Source: Pelomyxa schiedti (Eukaryota; Protista; Evosea). From it: a stretch of 64,000 nucleotides of DNA. The stretch's first letter is position 1. Every line of letters starts with the position of its first letter. The notes under the pieces were generated by a model. It did not search any database and was not told the DNA's origin. It worked only from the letters and a program-made list of their open reading frames with translations. Position numbers and translations under genes: made by a program. Below, one piece after another: positions 45,546-61,863 of the stretch. Location of the stretch: assembly GCA_020536535.1 (NCBI GenBank), contig JAHLWZ010000804.1:70234-134233 (forward strand). The letters are read 5' to 3'.

Positions 45546-47838
45546 ATGTGGAGCGTCTTTGACGATGTTAGCGGAGATGCGATTGTGGCGTTTACAGTGC
45601 AAGGCAAAGACAGTAAGTCAGTGAGGGTGAAAAGGACAAAGATCCCCGGTTGCGCATACTCAGGGGGACCAGATGTTACCACAACAGCGGTGCCGAATGA
45701 AGTTGAGATCCCGTGCTCAAGCCTTTTGTGCATGTCTACTGTGGGAGACTCCGCATCAGGCTTGTGCGCTATCCTTAATCATACTGGAGCGTTTTTGTTT
45801 TACATGCCTATGTCTGCAGATCCAAGCACTTATTAGCGGTGACAGATTCGAAACACAATGTTTCGTTGTGGTCAGCGAGTACTCCTGCAAAAAGCACAGC
45901 GATCCATTGCAACCAAGTGGTGTCTTTCTCCTCCCTTCCAGGCTCCCTTGTCGAAAAACATGTAACTCAAGGTTCCTCAAACTAAGTTCTCTGACCTGCC
46001 TCCTGTTTTTAACTCACAAAATAAAAATGTGAAGCTTCCTCCTGGGCACTTGGCAATGGCCCTGTACTACTCGGTGTCTTATGTGCGCCTGCAAAAGCTC
46101 GTAACACTCCCTCCAAACCCCCTTCTTCTTCTATCCGCCCTCTTAAGCTGCTCCACTGTCCAAATCACGCTTCTCTTGATGTACTGGTTGTAGCTTGGTC
46201 TACAACACAACTGCAGTCTTCAGAGACTAGTCAACCAACTACCAAAAAAAGGAGGACATCTTCTGTTATCCAAAAAGATACTACTGAAGCAGCCAGTGCC
46301 ACGCCGTTACGGGATACCCGCAGAGCATCTTTCATCAAAACACAAGTTTGCACAAGCTACAGAGAGAGTATTCCTCCACTTGTACATATGGAATCTAGTG
46401 CCACTGCAACTGGAACTTGTGTTACTCTCATCTTTCCCACACCAGTACTCCTGGATGCTGTTCGTGTCAGTGGATGGCAATGGGGAATGACCAGAATTAC
46501 GTTTACGAATAACCAGGACCCGGAATCCACGAGGTGAACAGCAGGATTACAGACCTCCAGTAGTAACACTTTTCCACATTAGTGGTACATGGAGTGGTAT
46601 GCCCACAGACCTTGCCGCCACAGCTTGCGCCATTTCCACAAGTCATGAGTTTGTTGCCGTGGGCACAGTTAACTGCCGTGTAGCACTTCTTGATAGGGAG
46701 ACTTGGGACATTATTTCTGTTGTGGAATCACCTGGCATATGCCTGTCACTGTGAGGTCTACTTTGGAAGTCTTTTCATGTAACAACAATATAGAAAGACC
46801 CTCTCCATAGTTCCCAATGCCATTACATTAGTCCTGCTTTATGCACCTGATAATCTAATACCTCACGAAAAAAGCCACTCTTGTCTCATAAGTGAGATGT
46901 CTCTCACTTCCATGAAAACTACAAGTACATATGAACATTTTCACTTAGCGACTCACAAATCATCTGGCTGAATAAAGACTATATCATTCACAGTGTGATA
47001 AGTGTGATATCTGGTGATATTTATGGGAATGGCCAGCAACAAGTAGTGACAATCCATTCTATCGATGATACCGCGGAATGTAAAGCCACTGTCACAGATA
47101 TCGCCACTCTTGTCACTTCGCAGAGTGGTAAGCACTATTTCCAGTAACCTTAGACTTACACATTAATAGACCACAGTGAAGTTGTAAACACCCCATTCTC
47201 CCGTTTGGCTGCAGAGTTACTAGCTTCATCCTCACAGACAGCAAGCAATCTGGAAACTCTCTCTTCGAATGTATTGTATCTTGGGTTTTGTTCTCATCGT
47301 TTAATTGTAACAAAAGATACAACAAGAGCAACAATTGATTTGCCACGCGCACACGGTCTTGCGTACTCTATCATCAAAAACTGAGTAAGTGGAATGTGCC
47401 AAACAGTCTACCTTCTAATAATGCTTTCAGGCTTCCATCACCCTCATTTCTGAACACAGTACCACTGTTCTCTGCACCAGCTCCAAATAGTTCCAGTGCA
47501 GGTTGTTTCAATACTATGTTTCCTTGCAACCAAAACTTTTTTTTAGTTACAACACTCGTACCTGATGGCGACCCCTTTTTTGATCAACTCAACGAACTTC
47601 TGCGCGGTGTACAACAGATGCCCCCAAAGTCAAGTATCGAAATTCCTCCATTTACCCACCTCAAAATCACTAATGCCTCTCAGGTACTCCCTCCGACTCT
47701 GCTTCACACAAAATCCTCCAAATCCAAAAAGAAATCTCTGACATCAACCATGGTCTTGCAACAGAGAGTCACACACCAGCACCCACCGATGTACTCCGGC
47801 AGATTGCAACCACAGATTTTTTGTTCAGCACCCTGTGA
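45546..47838 (+). CDS. Multi-exon hypothetical protein, possibly with an N-terminal beta-propeller
   Basis: ATG at 45546; chain of GT-AG-bounded open exons; WD-like strand pattern (CAISTSHEFVAVGTVNCRVALLD); last exon ends TDFLFSTL*. Confidence 0.5.
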
Positions 47839-47878
47839 AGAAACAAAATAGAAAAGACTTGGTTTACAAGTTCATCCG

Positions 47879-52474
<4,596 letters not shown>

Positions 52475-52661
52475 CAGCTTAATTGAGGCGAAATTGTCCA
52501 CTGAGTTGTTCTGACCATCGAGTTTCGTCAGTGCACTCTGATCCTCTTGTTGTGCCAAGTGCAAGTACCTGGTGTCGAAGTGACCCTGAACGAGGTGGGA
52601 TGGCTTTTCACGGGGACGGGGCAGCACCGGCCAATTCGACTAACACCGAAACAACACACAA

Positions 52662-53594
52662 ATGGCGGTTCGACAGCTCAACACGCTACTTATGCTGGTG
52701 CTGCTGGCGGGCGACCTCCGCTTCATCTCGGACTGGCGCATCGTCGCGGTCGCCACGGCAGTCGCCGACGCCGCGCTGGCGCTGTGGCTCGCCCGCGCGG
52801 CCATGTCGACGCGCCCGCCGCCCCGCGAGGGCCGCGCCACCGCCGCCTGGAGCTGCGTCGCGGGCCTCCTGGGCTTCTGCACCCCGGTCTCCCTCTACTA
52901 CTACCACGCGGGCCGGGGCGGCTCCCCAGCGCCGCCGCTGCGGGCCGACCGCGTGGGCTTCCTCCTCGCGGGCCTGCCGTTCCTCTTCTCCCTGCTCATG
53001 AAGCTTCCCACAATTAGCAGGTTCAGCTCGTCGCAGCGGGCCCCGGCCCCGCCTGGGCCCCCGGCGCACGCCACGACCGTCACTCCTGGCGAGCCTACTG
53101 CCAAATCCAACAGGAAAAAGAAATCCGCGTCATCATCGACGCCACTACTTGCAACTGCAACTACAACAACAACCACTACAACGACGACAACACCAACTAC
53201 AACTGGCTCTAAAAAGACACAGAAGAAGAGCGAGAATGATTCTTGGTTCTACAGGGCACCTTCGGATAAGCAAGATAGCCACTTGGTTCTGCTGATTGGC
53301 CTTATATGTTTCTCCTGCACATACTTGCTGTCATTCATTGTGTCTGATGGGTTCATTGACCCGGCTTCTGTTCTGGAATCGACTGGCTTGTCTGTGTACT
53401 TCTGGGTGGCACTGCCTTGCTATTTTGGTGCTGTGTTAAATTCACTGGTGATGCTGTCCAGGCTGGCTACACTGGATGTTGGTGACAAGTTTGTATGTTC
53501 AGTTGTAGTTCTGGGTGCCCTGGGTGGATTAGTGCAGTGGAACTATTTACGTTTTGGTGTTCCATTGGCTGCGTGTATATTGGCAGCAGTATAG
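52662..53594 (+). CDS. Intronless multi-pass membrane protein (about 310 aa) with a Thr/Lys-rich loop; function unknown
   Basis: Single ORF with about 7-8 hydrophobic segments split by a low-complexity TTTTT/KK loop. Confidence 0.65.
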   Translation: MAVRQLNTLLMLVLLAGDLRFISDWRIVAVATAVADAALALWLARAAMSTRPPPREGRATAAWSCVAGLLGFCTPVSLYYYHAGRGGSPAPPLRADRVGFLLAGLPFLFSLLMKLPTISRFSSSQRAPAPPGPPAHATTVTPGEPTAKSNRKKKSASSSTPLLATATTTTTTTTTTTPTTTGSKKTQKKSENDSWFYRAPSDKQDSHLVLLIGLICFSCTYLLSFIVSDGFIDPASVLESTGLSVYFWVALPCYFGAVLNSLVMLSRLATLDVGDKFVCSVVVLGALGGLVQWNYLRFGVPLAACILAAV

Positions 53595-53636
53595 GTAGGT
53601 GGAAATAAATTGTTGAAAAAGGGAAAAAAAAAAAAA

Positions 53637-54608
53637 TTAAAGCCAAAATTCTTTTATTACTGGGAGAAGTTCCTTACATAGTCGTTGTATTGGCAAGCCC
53701 GTTACATTCCAGTAGCACCTTGATTTTGTTGGAGTTGTAAAAATCTCATAAATCCTTACCCTGATATTCCCTTTATGAAGCACGTCCCGAGTTCCTGAAT
53801 TCCATAGCCCCCGGCTTTGTCCCTGGAAATACAGTCATTTCACTTGTGAATGAGGGTCAGAGTTTTACATTGGACTGCCAGTGTCTGCATAGCACTTGGC
53901 CATTTCGGGTGTGATTGCATCAAAGGTCACTTCAGTTGTCTCAGTGAAACGACGGACAAGGTGTGCTTGTGGCATGGCTTGGGTAGGTGCTCCAGTTGTT
54001 TCAGTTGTTGTGCTGGTTGCTTGTGGAGGAAGGATAAGGCAAACTGCTGTGTGCACCCTGTGAGTCTTTCCACTTAGTTTCATGAGAATCTACTGAGTAT
54101 AAAAAAAAAAAAGCCAAGATGCAAGTGTTATTGGAAACCTCTACTGCATTTGCGTGACTTGTTGGCTTTTCCACAATTTCCCCATCAACATCCTGTTTGT
54201 GAATGGGTCAAGTTGTCAGTAATGCCGCTAACCTATTGCACCACAATAGTGTCGGCACTAATTATCAGGTCAGGCAAGGCATCTCCCAGTCGCTGGTACA
54301 CTTCAAGCCCCTTTCTCCAGGCAGTTTCTGGAAGTATTAAAGGGAATTCTTAGAGAAACCAAAAAAAAAAAGAAAGAACCTGCCTGAAACATAGTCCAAA
54401 CAAGAAGCAAATGATTTCTTATCCAAGGTTTCTGGAAAATAAAATGAACAGAAACAAAAAAAAAAAAAGCACCACAACTACCATCAAATCTGCTGGGCAC
54501 CACATCAACAACCAGTCCCATAATTTTCATTGCCTCCAGGCGGCGTGGGGACGCAGACGCCAGTACTATTCGTTTGCGCCGCAAGAGTGCCAAGTACTCA
54601 ATGATCAT
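53637..54608 (-). CDS. Maf-family nucleoside triphosphate pyrophosphatase (YhdE/ASMTL-N type)
   Basis: IVLASASPRR, IISADTIVV, LSGKTHRVHTAV, DKAGGYGIQ, SGCYWNVTGLP. Confidence 0.9.
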
Positions 54609-54643
54609 TTCGGCTTGAAAGAAAAATGAATTGGGAAAACAAT

Positions 54644-55665
54644 TCAATGGTTATTTCGTGGTAGGAGATACACCCAAGGTCCATGAGGAGACGACGAAGT
54701 TTTCTTTTGCCAGAAATCGGAATGATCTGCATGGGGTTGCCAATGTGCCACATGTGCAGACAAGAGGGAGGCAGCAAAGTGAACTGTCATCACGTGCTCA
54801 GCCTTGGGAATCTCGTCTGGGGTGGTGCAATGAAGGTCCACAACAAACCAGTCACGCAATTCCAGAATATCGTAGGCCCCTGTTGCGAATCTCCTGCGGT
54901 GTTCCTCGATGCCTGATTTTTGTTTATGGGAAACATATATGCCTCTTAACAGTCCCACATTTCGGTCAATATAGCCAGTGCTGCGCATCCCAAAGCAGCC
55001 AACATCGCACTTGGCAGATTCATCAACAAAGCACGGTAAACCAGAGTAACACAGTGGTCAGTCACAAACTCGAATAACTCAAGGCAAGTTGCATTTCTTC
55101 TGCTGTACACGCCTACAAAGTTAAGCCCTTCATTCTGCAGATGTGTTGTCAGAGGACCACCTCTGGATGGGAGCGGCATTGCCATTTCTGTTGTTTCAAA
55201 AAAAAAAACCCACACCTGAAACACAAAGCACAGATAAAATAAGAGGGCAGGACTCAATGCCTTCAAGGATCATAGTAATATATCTTGGTGTCGTCATTGT
55301 GGTCAGTTTGGCTTCGACGGCCCCACTCTACGCGATACCGACTTCCGGACTATATCGAGAGCCTCTCCTTGATTTTTGATGCTTTGGCTTGCATTGCTTC
55401 CTCATACCTGGTTAGCTCCAGCCTGAGCCTATGTACTTCTTCTCAACAACGCGTCCTCCTTCTCCCTTGCCAGCCTGGCCTCCTCTTCCTTCAGGCTGTT
55501 TCCTTTGGTCAGTCGGTGCTTCTTGGGCCTCACGCACACGGCATTACGCGAGCCTCGGGCCGAACAAGACCACCAACGCGGCGCCGTCGTCGCCATCCGT
55601 CCCCGTAGCGATCGCGTCCACCATCTCTCGCGTGCTCTTTGGCTGAACCGGGGAATGCTTGCCAT
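54644..55665 (-). CDS. Hypothetical protein or degraded gene; reading frame not cleanly resolvable
   Basis: Coding-like segments (KEEEARLAREKEDALL; EEVHRLRLELTRYEEAM; ORF 54644-54988) fall in different frames. Confidence 0.3.
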
Positions 55666-55832
55666 GACTCTGGTGTGTAACTGCTACCGATGTCTCCTTG
55701 TTATTAGATCATCTGTAATCTCGAAATTCGCCTTTTGTTTTTCCCTTTCTTTTCGTTTTTCCGTGTAAGAAGCGGGTAAAGCGAACTCTTCGTTCGACTC
55801 ACAACCGAGTTTGAGGTCGGGTAACAGGGTGC

Positions 55833-58800
55833 ATGGGGAATAGTGGGTCGCGAAAGGGTAAAAATGTTTCTGATAAATCCACTGAGGCGCCTTTCACAAT
55901 CAAACCTTTTGGTGTGCATTGCTTTGGGTCTGTGTGGTATTAATCATGTGTTGACTGCATCAGAATAGATAGTACTGGGTGTGCTTTCTTTCCAACTAAA
56001 TTCAGTGGACTTGTTGTGCCCCATGCGGGGCCATTGGCCCCAACATCTGCTGTGACAGTTGAAATGTGGTTGTTTTGCAAATACCCTGGAGAAGCATCAG
56101 AAAGCTATCCAGTTCACTTCCCACTCTTATGTATTTCTTTTTTTTATTATTATTGTTTGTTGCAATTCTTTCTTTATCCAACCAGTTTAGGTATACCTAG
56201 CAAAACTGAACGACCAATGGGACTCCACTGGATATGGCTTGATTGGAAATAACGGTACACTTCTTCTTTTCAACAAAATCAGGGGATGCTTTCTTACTCT
56301 TGGAACTCTTTAAGTTGGTAGTGTGTACTTCTTTGTAGGTGGGTGGAATGGATTAAAAACGGAGTCCATATCTCTGCCACGTGTAAGCCCACATTCATGA
56401 AATCAATTTTGTTCGTCATTGATATGGCAACCAGAATGAGTGGACCCATATTTGTGGTGTGTTCTCACAGCGGCAAGTGAAGCTGTATGGTCCAACTTGA
56501 TAGCCTTGTGTTCTTAATCTCCCCCAAGATACATAAATGGGATATTACGTACAGCAAGCACGGATTGGAGCACGCATAAAATAAAACATAGTTCGCAGGC
56601 TCCTCTTCACCTTGGGTTAACCAGATGGGCACGGTATGAATCTCCATACGGATTTTCAGGGTATATGAAAGATGCCAAAATTTGGAATTGTAGCAGAACG
56701 GAGCAGCAGGTATAGGGCAATTTCTTCAAGTAAAGTGCCAACAAATACCCGGAGATTCGAGATTCCTTGGCCAATGGAAGTGTTGATATCGAAATGGAGC
56801 TCTCGAACTTGTTGCTCTGGCTTCCCCTGAATAGGAACTGTGAGAATTTTTTACAAGATAGGGGCCCACATAAGTTTCTTGCGCGCCAGTGTCATAGTGA
56901 CTGCCCTGTTCAATGTGTGTCTGAGCCTCCAGACTCTCCAAAAGTGGTATGAAATATACCCCCATTTTGTCAAATTGATTGTCTTTAGGCTATTCACATT
57001 CCAGTGGAAATACCTCCCTTCGAAGAAACTGATAATGAGAAACCTTCTGCAAAGTTCTTGCATTTTTCCCGTACTGACTCTGGCATTATGATGCCTCACC
57101 ACGAGTCACTTAACCCTCGTCGGGCAGTAACTGTTGAATGCCGTCTTTACTGTACAGAACTGGCGGACCTTCCAACTTGGGCAGTATGTTTTCATGCAGC
57201 CGTCATCATAGGTCTAATTTCCTATCAGGTTTATATCGCCAAGATAACCGAGTCCTGGGATAAAACTGGTTATGGTTTAATCGCTGGTGCCAGTATGTAT
57301 TTCTGAACTTTTTTTTTATTGACCTCAAACCACAGCTGGCACTGTGTCTTTCTTTGTCAATGGCTGGAATGGCCAGGCAACTCCAGCCACTCCATTGAGA
57401 GGGGTCCGTGTATCTTTCCAGTTGTTGCACTTTAATCAAACCCCAGGGAATTTGGACGCACATATGTGGTGTTTTTGCTGATGGTGATGCACAACTGTAT
57501 TCGTCACATTTCACTTTTACTTGTACTTGATACTTGAAGTTACATAGATGGCGAAGTGCAATATTTGGTTAGAGGAGAAAAAACAATAAAACCAAATATG
57601 GCACCAATTCGTAGTGGATATTGCACATATGAGAATGGGCCTACTTCCTATGGTTTCAGGGGTTCTATCCAAGATATAAGGATTTGGAAGTGTGCAAGAA
57701 GTCTATCACAAGCAAGTTGACTTAAAATGGTTTTTTCCTGGTTAACTCTTGTAATAGATCCGTGAAAATATGGTCACCCTTTCAGTGAGTGACCGAAATT
57801 CAGAGGACCTCCTTTGCTGGCTTCCACTTGGCAGTAGTTACCTCCCTTTGGAAATTCCTCTTCTTTACAGTGGAGGAAGAGTGTCTCTGCCAATCAGTCA
57901 GCTCGGTAGTAGTATCAATGGTGAAGATTTTGTATGTATTTGGGTCAACTTCACTGTAATCTTATCCATTATCAAACTACACAGATAATTGGAGTCCCAA
58001 TTGGTGTTCGCAAGTTGGTGACTCGAAGGACACTGCACATCTCTGGAGAATGTGGTTTAAGGGTGAAACCAAGGTGGGACCATTTTGCCGAAAACAATTT
58101 GACAATAGAGTGCTGGTTTCTCATGTACCAGCATTCCTTTGAAAAAACAGTAAGAGTACAAGACTTCACGAATGTCTTCTTAGGTTTACTCTTTGCGAGG
58201 TTTTTCTGTCTCAAGGAGTATACGGTACAGGATTTGCACTTTCTTTCATCAATGGTAAGCAATACTCTATTTTTTTCCCTATGTGACCAAGCTATTTCTT
58301 AATGTAGATCGGATTTCACTTGCCGTATGCACCCAAGATATCATGACAACTGTAGGCATTCAGAAGGTAGTATTCTACCATTGATGCTCTTTGTAATTTC
58401 TTTCCATAAGGGTTATTGGGTTCACATCTGCTACGTATATGAAAGCGGACTGCACAAACTGTACACTCAATAATTGTGATGGGTGGGCACAACTCTAACA
58501 TAGCCATCACAGTTATGTCAATGGCGAGTGTGCTTCTTCAACTACGATGCGTTCTCCACTGTCTTTTGATCCTACAAGTGTGCTGCACATTGGTAAAAGC
58601 CCGATTGACTACGAACCACCCAAACACTTCAAGGGATTTTGCCGAGATGTGAGACTATGGTCCTGTGTGCGTACTCCAGAGCAGGTCAGGTCTGCAATCA
58701 AACGTTTCTGCATTCTCACATTGCCAGATAAAATTCAATCTTCATAGACTTTCTGGAAATCACCAGAACCTTGAAGTTTGGCTTCCCCTCGGCTCTAATG

Positions 58801-59101
58801 GCTATTTCGCTGCCAATCAAACCCATTTTTTGTCTGATGTAAGCATTAATAGCTGCGTTGTGGAATGTATTGGTTCAGTTCAAGCTCTGCCTCTTCCCGT
58901 TCCTCCATCCACAGGTTAGTAATTACCTAATATTAATGCTCCACTCTCAATGAGATTTCCCTCTAACGTGCGGTTTGTTTAGTGCCATGGGAACTAGCCC
59001 GGCTCTTGTTTATCGGCAAGCTCAAGAATGATGAGAACGAGAACTGTTACCTCCGCAACCTACCGCTTGATGTTATCATCAAAATCCTCGCCTATTTGTG
59101 A
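55833..59101 (+). CDS. Putative N-myristoylated protein with three LamG/concanavalin-A-like repeats and a C-terminal F-box-like motif
   Basis: MGNSGSRK start. Three repeats, each with TVE(M/C)W or similar, a WTH-type strand, ...IW... and LLxWLPL (ending about 56820, 57820, 58790). C-terminus WELARLLFIG...LRNLPLDVIIKILAYL*. Confidence 0.75.
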
Positions 59102-59189
59102 GCATAGGAATTGGTTAAAAGGATCCAAAAAAAAAGAAAAGGAGTTTCTTTTAAATCACCATGGGGTGCTTACAGTCGTGAAACTGTGT

Positions 59190-60770
59190 CATTGGCATCC
59201 ACATACAAAACATCACCGGGGTTCATGTTCTGACTCTACTGCAGAACCACCACCCCAGGTGTATCTCATTGTCCCCGGACCTGTGACTTGCCAATGCCTG
59301 AGCATGCCGCGTCGAGCCTGCTGCCAACGATCACTCCCAATTGTGGCAGTAGTCAATGAACATGATATGCTCTGTGACCCGCCGTTAAATAGACATATCT
59401 CACCGGGAAACTGTGATTTGGCTTTTGCCAGGATTTTTCGAAGCCTGTGACAAAGGTGAGGGGAAAAATACAGGAAAAAACGGGAAGTACAAAACGTGTT
59501 GTTTCCAGAGTTGCATTAGATCCTTTCCTGTATTTGTGACCTTTGTTTCTGTTTGTCCGAGCTCGTTGGAAGTTGCTCGGTGCTTATTTGTTTGAGTCTG
59601 AAGCTCTGATCGGAGTCTTTGTTGCTCTTGTGTATGTTATTCGAGTTCTTGAGGAAGCTCATTCTCTCGCTGTTTAAAAAGCCTCTCCTGCTCAACTTTA
59701 TCATCTCGAAGATGTGTCATTTCGGTGGACAAGCGCTCCAAAGTTTGTGCCCACACGTCAATTGCGATGTCTTTGACTCGTCCAACTTCGATGCTTACCA
59801 TGGCGGCACTATCAAGAAACTCCCAGAATGCTGGAGGAATGCTGGCTGCGCACGTATGTTGTTTTTGTACGCCCACTTGGGAATAAGCCCAAAGTAGAAG
59901 ATATGCTTGGTGGGCCTCAGACCGCTCTGAAGTTCTGCCAGAAATCCGGTCTCCTGGTCTTTATCCTGTAGTGCTGCCAGCACCTCGGGGGAGAGCTTGT
60001 TGATAATAATTGAGTAATTTCCACCGATCATTGGCAGTGCATCAAGCTCATCATAGTCTTGTCAGCCGGTCGTACGCGACCTGATTCCAGGGTGATGACA
60101 AAGATAACCTTGAAGATTCCACACCGCACAGTGCCTTTTTGATTTCTTCTGCTGCTTGTTTCTGCCGACGAGTGTCAGTGAGGCCTGGTGTGTCAATGGA
60201 AATGCTCCCTGATGTATCTTTAACTGATTGGCAAACTATTGTCATCCCAGCGCCAAGAGAAATGCCGGATCTGAAAGGAACTGAGGTTGTCTCGTCACCA
60301 CCTTGGCAACACAGGACATTGAGGAGGGTTCTTTTTCCAACGCCAGGGTTCCCAATTAAAATGGTGCTAAGAACTCGGCCATCTTGAGAGACCTCGTCAC
60401 TTGGAGTGGTTGGAGGGCTAGCCAGGTTGGAAGGTGGGCCGATTGTAATGGAAGAAGCTTCACTGACGGGAGCGCGCACGATGTGATGCTGATAGTTTTT
60501 CAGGATCCTCGTATTTGGTTTCGGTACCCATCCCCGAGGTATTTCCTTGGGTGGGCCATTGAAAGTGAGTATCACACCAGTAGGAAGGTCCTCAAGGCTC
60601 TTAACGGGACCGGCGGCTAAGTTTCGCAAGAAGAACTGACAGTTACAGTCACCCATGAAGCAGCAACGGGGATCAGGAGTTCCATTCTGGCCATCACACA
60701 ATAGCCACCCAGGGTAGTTTGTGTTGCTGTTGCTCGCAGTCACAGCAATAATGGTCATTTCGCGTATCAC
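59190..60770 (-). pseudogene. Disrupted gene: phage tail-collar-like motifs, AIG1/MMR_HSR1-like P-loop GTPase, coiled coil; 5' end probably extends toward about 61250
   Basis: GWLLCDGQNGTPD; LPTGVILTFNG...IPRGW; GNPGVGKRTLLN; DTPGL. The homologous-looking text continues only after frame changes at about 60125 (FKVIFVITLESGRVRPAD), 60048 (LDALPMIG) and 59848 (IPPAFWEFL). In-frame TAA at 59637-59639 inside the coiled coil. Confidence 0.7.
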
Positions 60771-61863
60771 TGAAGCAAATCAGAATCATAGGGGAAGAAG
60801 GAAACCAGGCACCTGTGTGATCCTTCATGGAGACAAGATAGTACAATTTATCGTAGTCGCGTGTATTGATTGTCCCAAATCCTTGTCTGCAGCACTTTCA
60901 CTGGAGGTGCAGCCTCCTCCCTTTGGTACTATTCATTTGGATCAGTCGGACACACTCGGTGTGCTTACTCAAGCCGCAGTACATAGTGAAGATTGAAAGA
61001 AACCATATATCACCAAGGGTTTGGTGGGCAATGCAGGAGGAATCTGTTGGCAAAAGGAGACAATAAAGGTAAAAACCTGGGGTTATGTTATGTGTAGTTG
61101 AGCCACACACTCTCCTGCCAGACCATATGGTGAGTATACCTTGGTGGCTGTCATCTCAGCAGCTGTTGCAAGTCTACGACCTTTTACGCAAAGTAACTCT
61201 GGGATGAAGAAGAAAGAAGAAGTCACATACCAGTCACTGACCTCCTGAAATGCTAGATCACAAACCAGAAAAAAATAAAACAAAATTAATCAAAAAAGAG
61301 AAAGGAAGAAATGAGAGAAAAGGAGAGAAAGGAAAGGAAAAAGGAAAGCCAGAAAACAGAAAAAGGGAAAAAGGGGGAAAAAAAAAGGAGAAGGACATAC
61401 CAGAATTGCCACTGGAATCCACACACTGCTTGTCAGGTTAGTTGTTAAGGGAGGAGTTAGTTGAGGACACACCAAGAGAGCCACCAAAAAGGAAAGGAGC
61501 CCCAGAAAAGAAAAGGAAAAAGGGAAAACGAAAAAGAGGAGGAAAAAAACTGAATACAACAACCCCAACCAACAACAGAAGCACCTGCGACACCCTAAAC
61601 ACTGGAAATAGCAACACACCAGTGACACCCATACAACAGAAACAACAGCAAGGCTGCCCGCTGTTTGCATTGCTGGTGTCCATGTTGCCACACCCGTCAG
61701 CGCAGCTGTTGTCACACCCGTCACCACACCGTCGTCACGCAAATGTTATCGTCGCTCAGTCTCGGCGGTCCTGGGCGATGATAAGGAAAATGACACCGTT
61801 CCGGTCTGTTGTTTATTTTATTCAGCCAATTTTTCCAATTATGAAGGAAAAAGAGGGTTGCAC

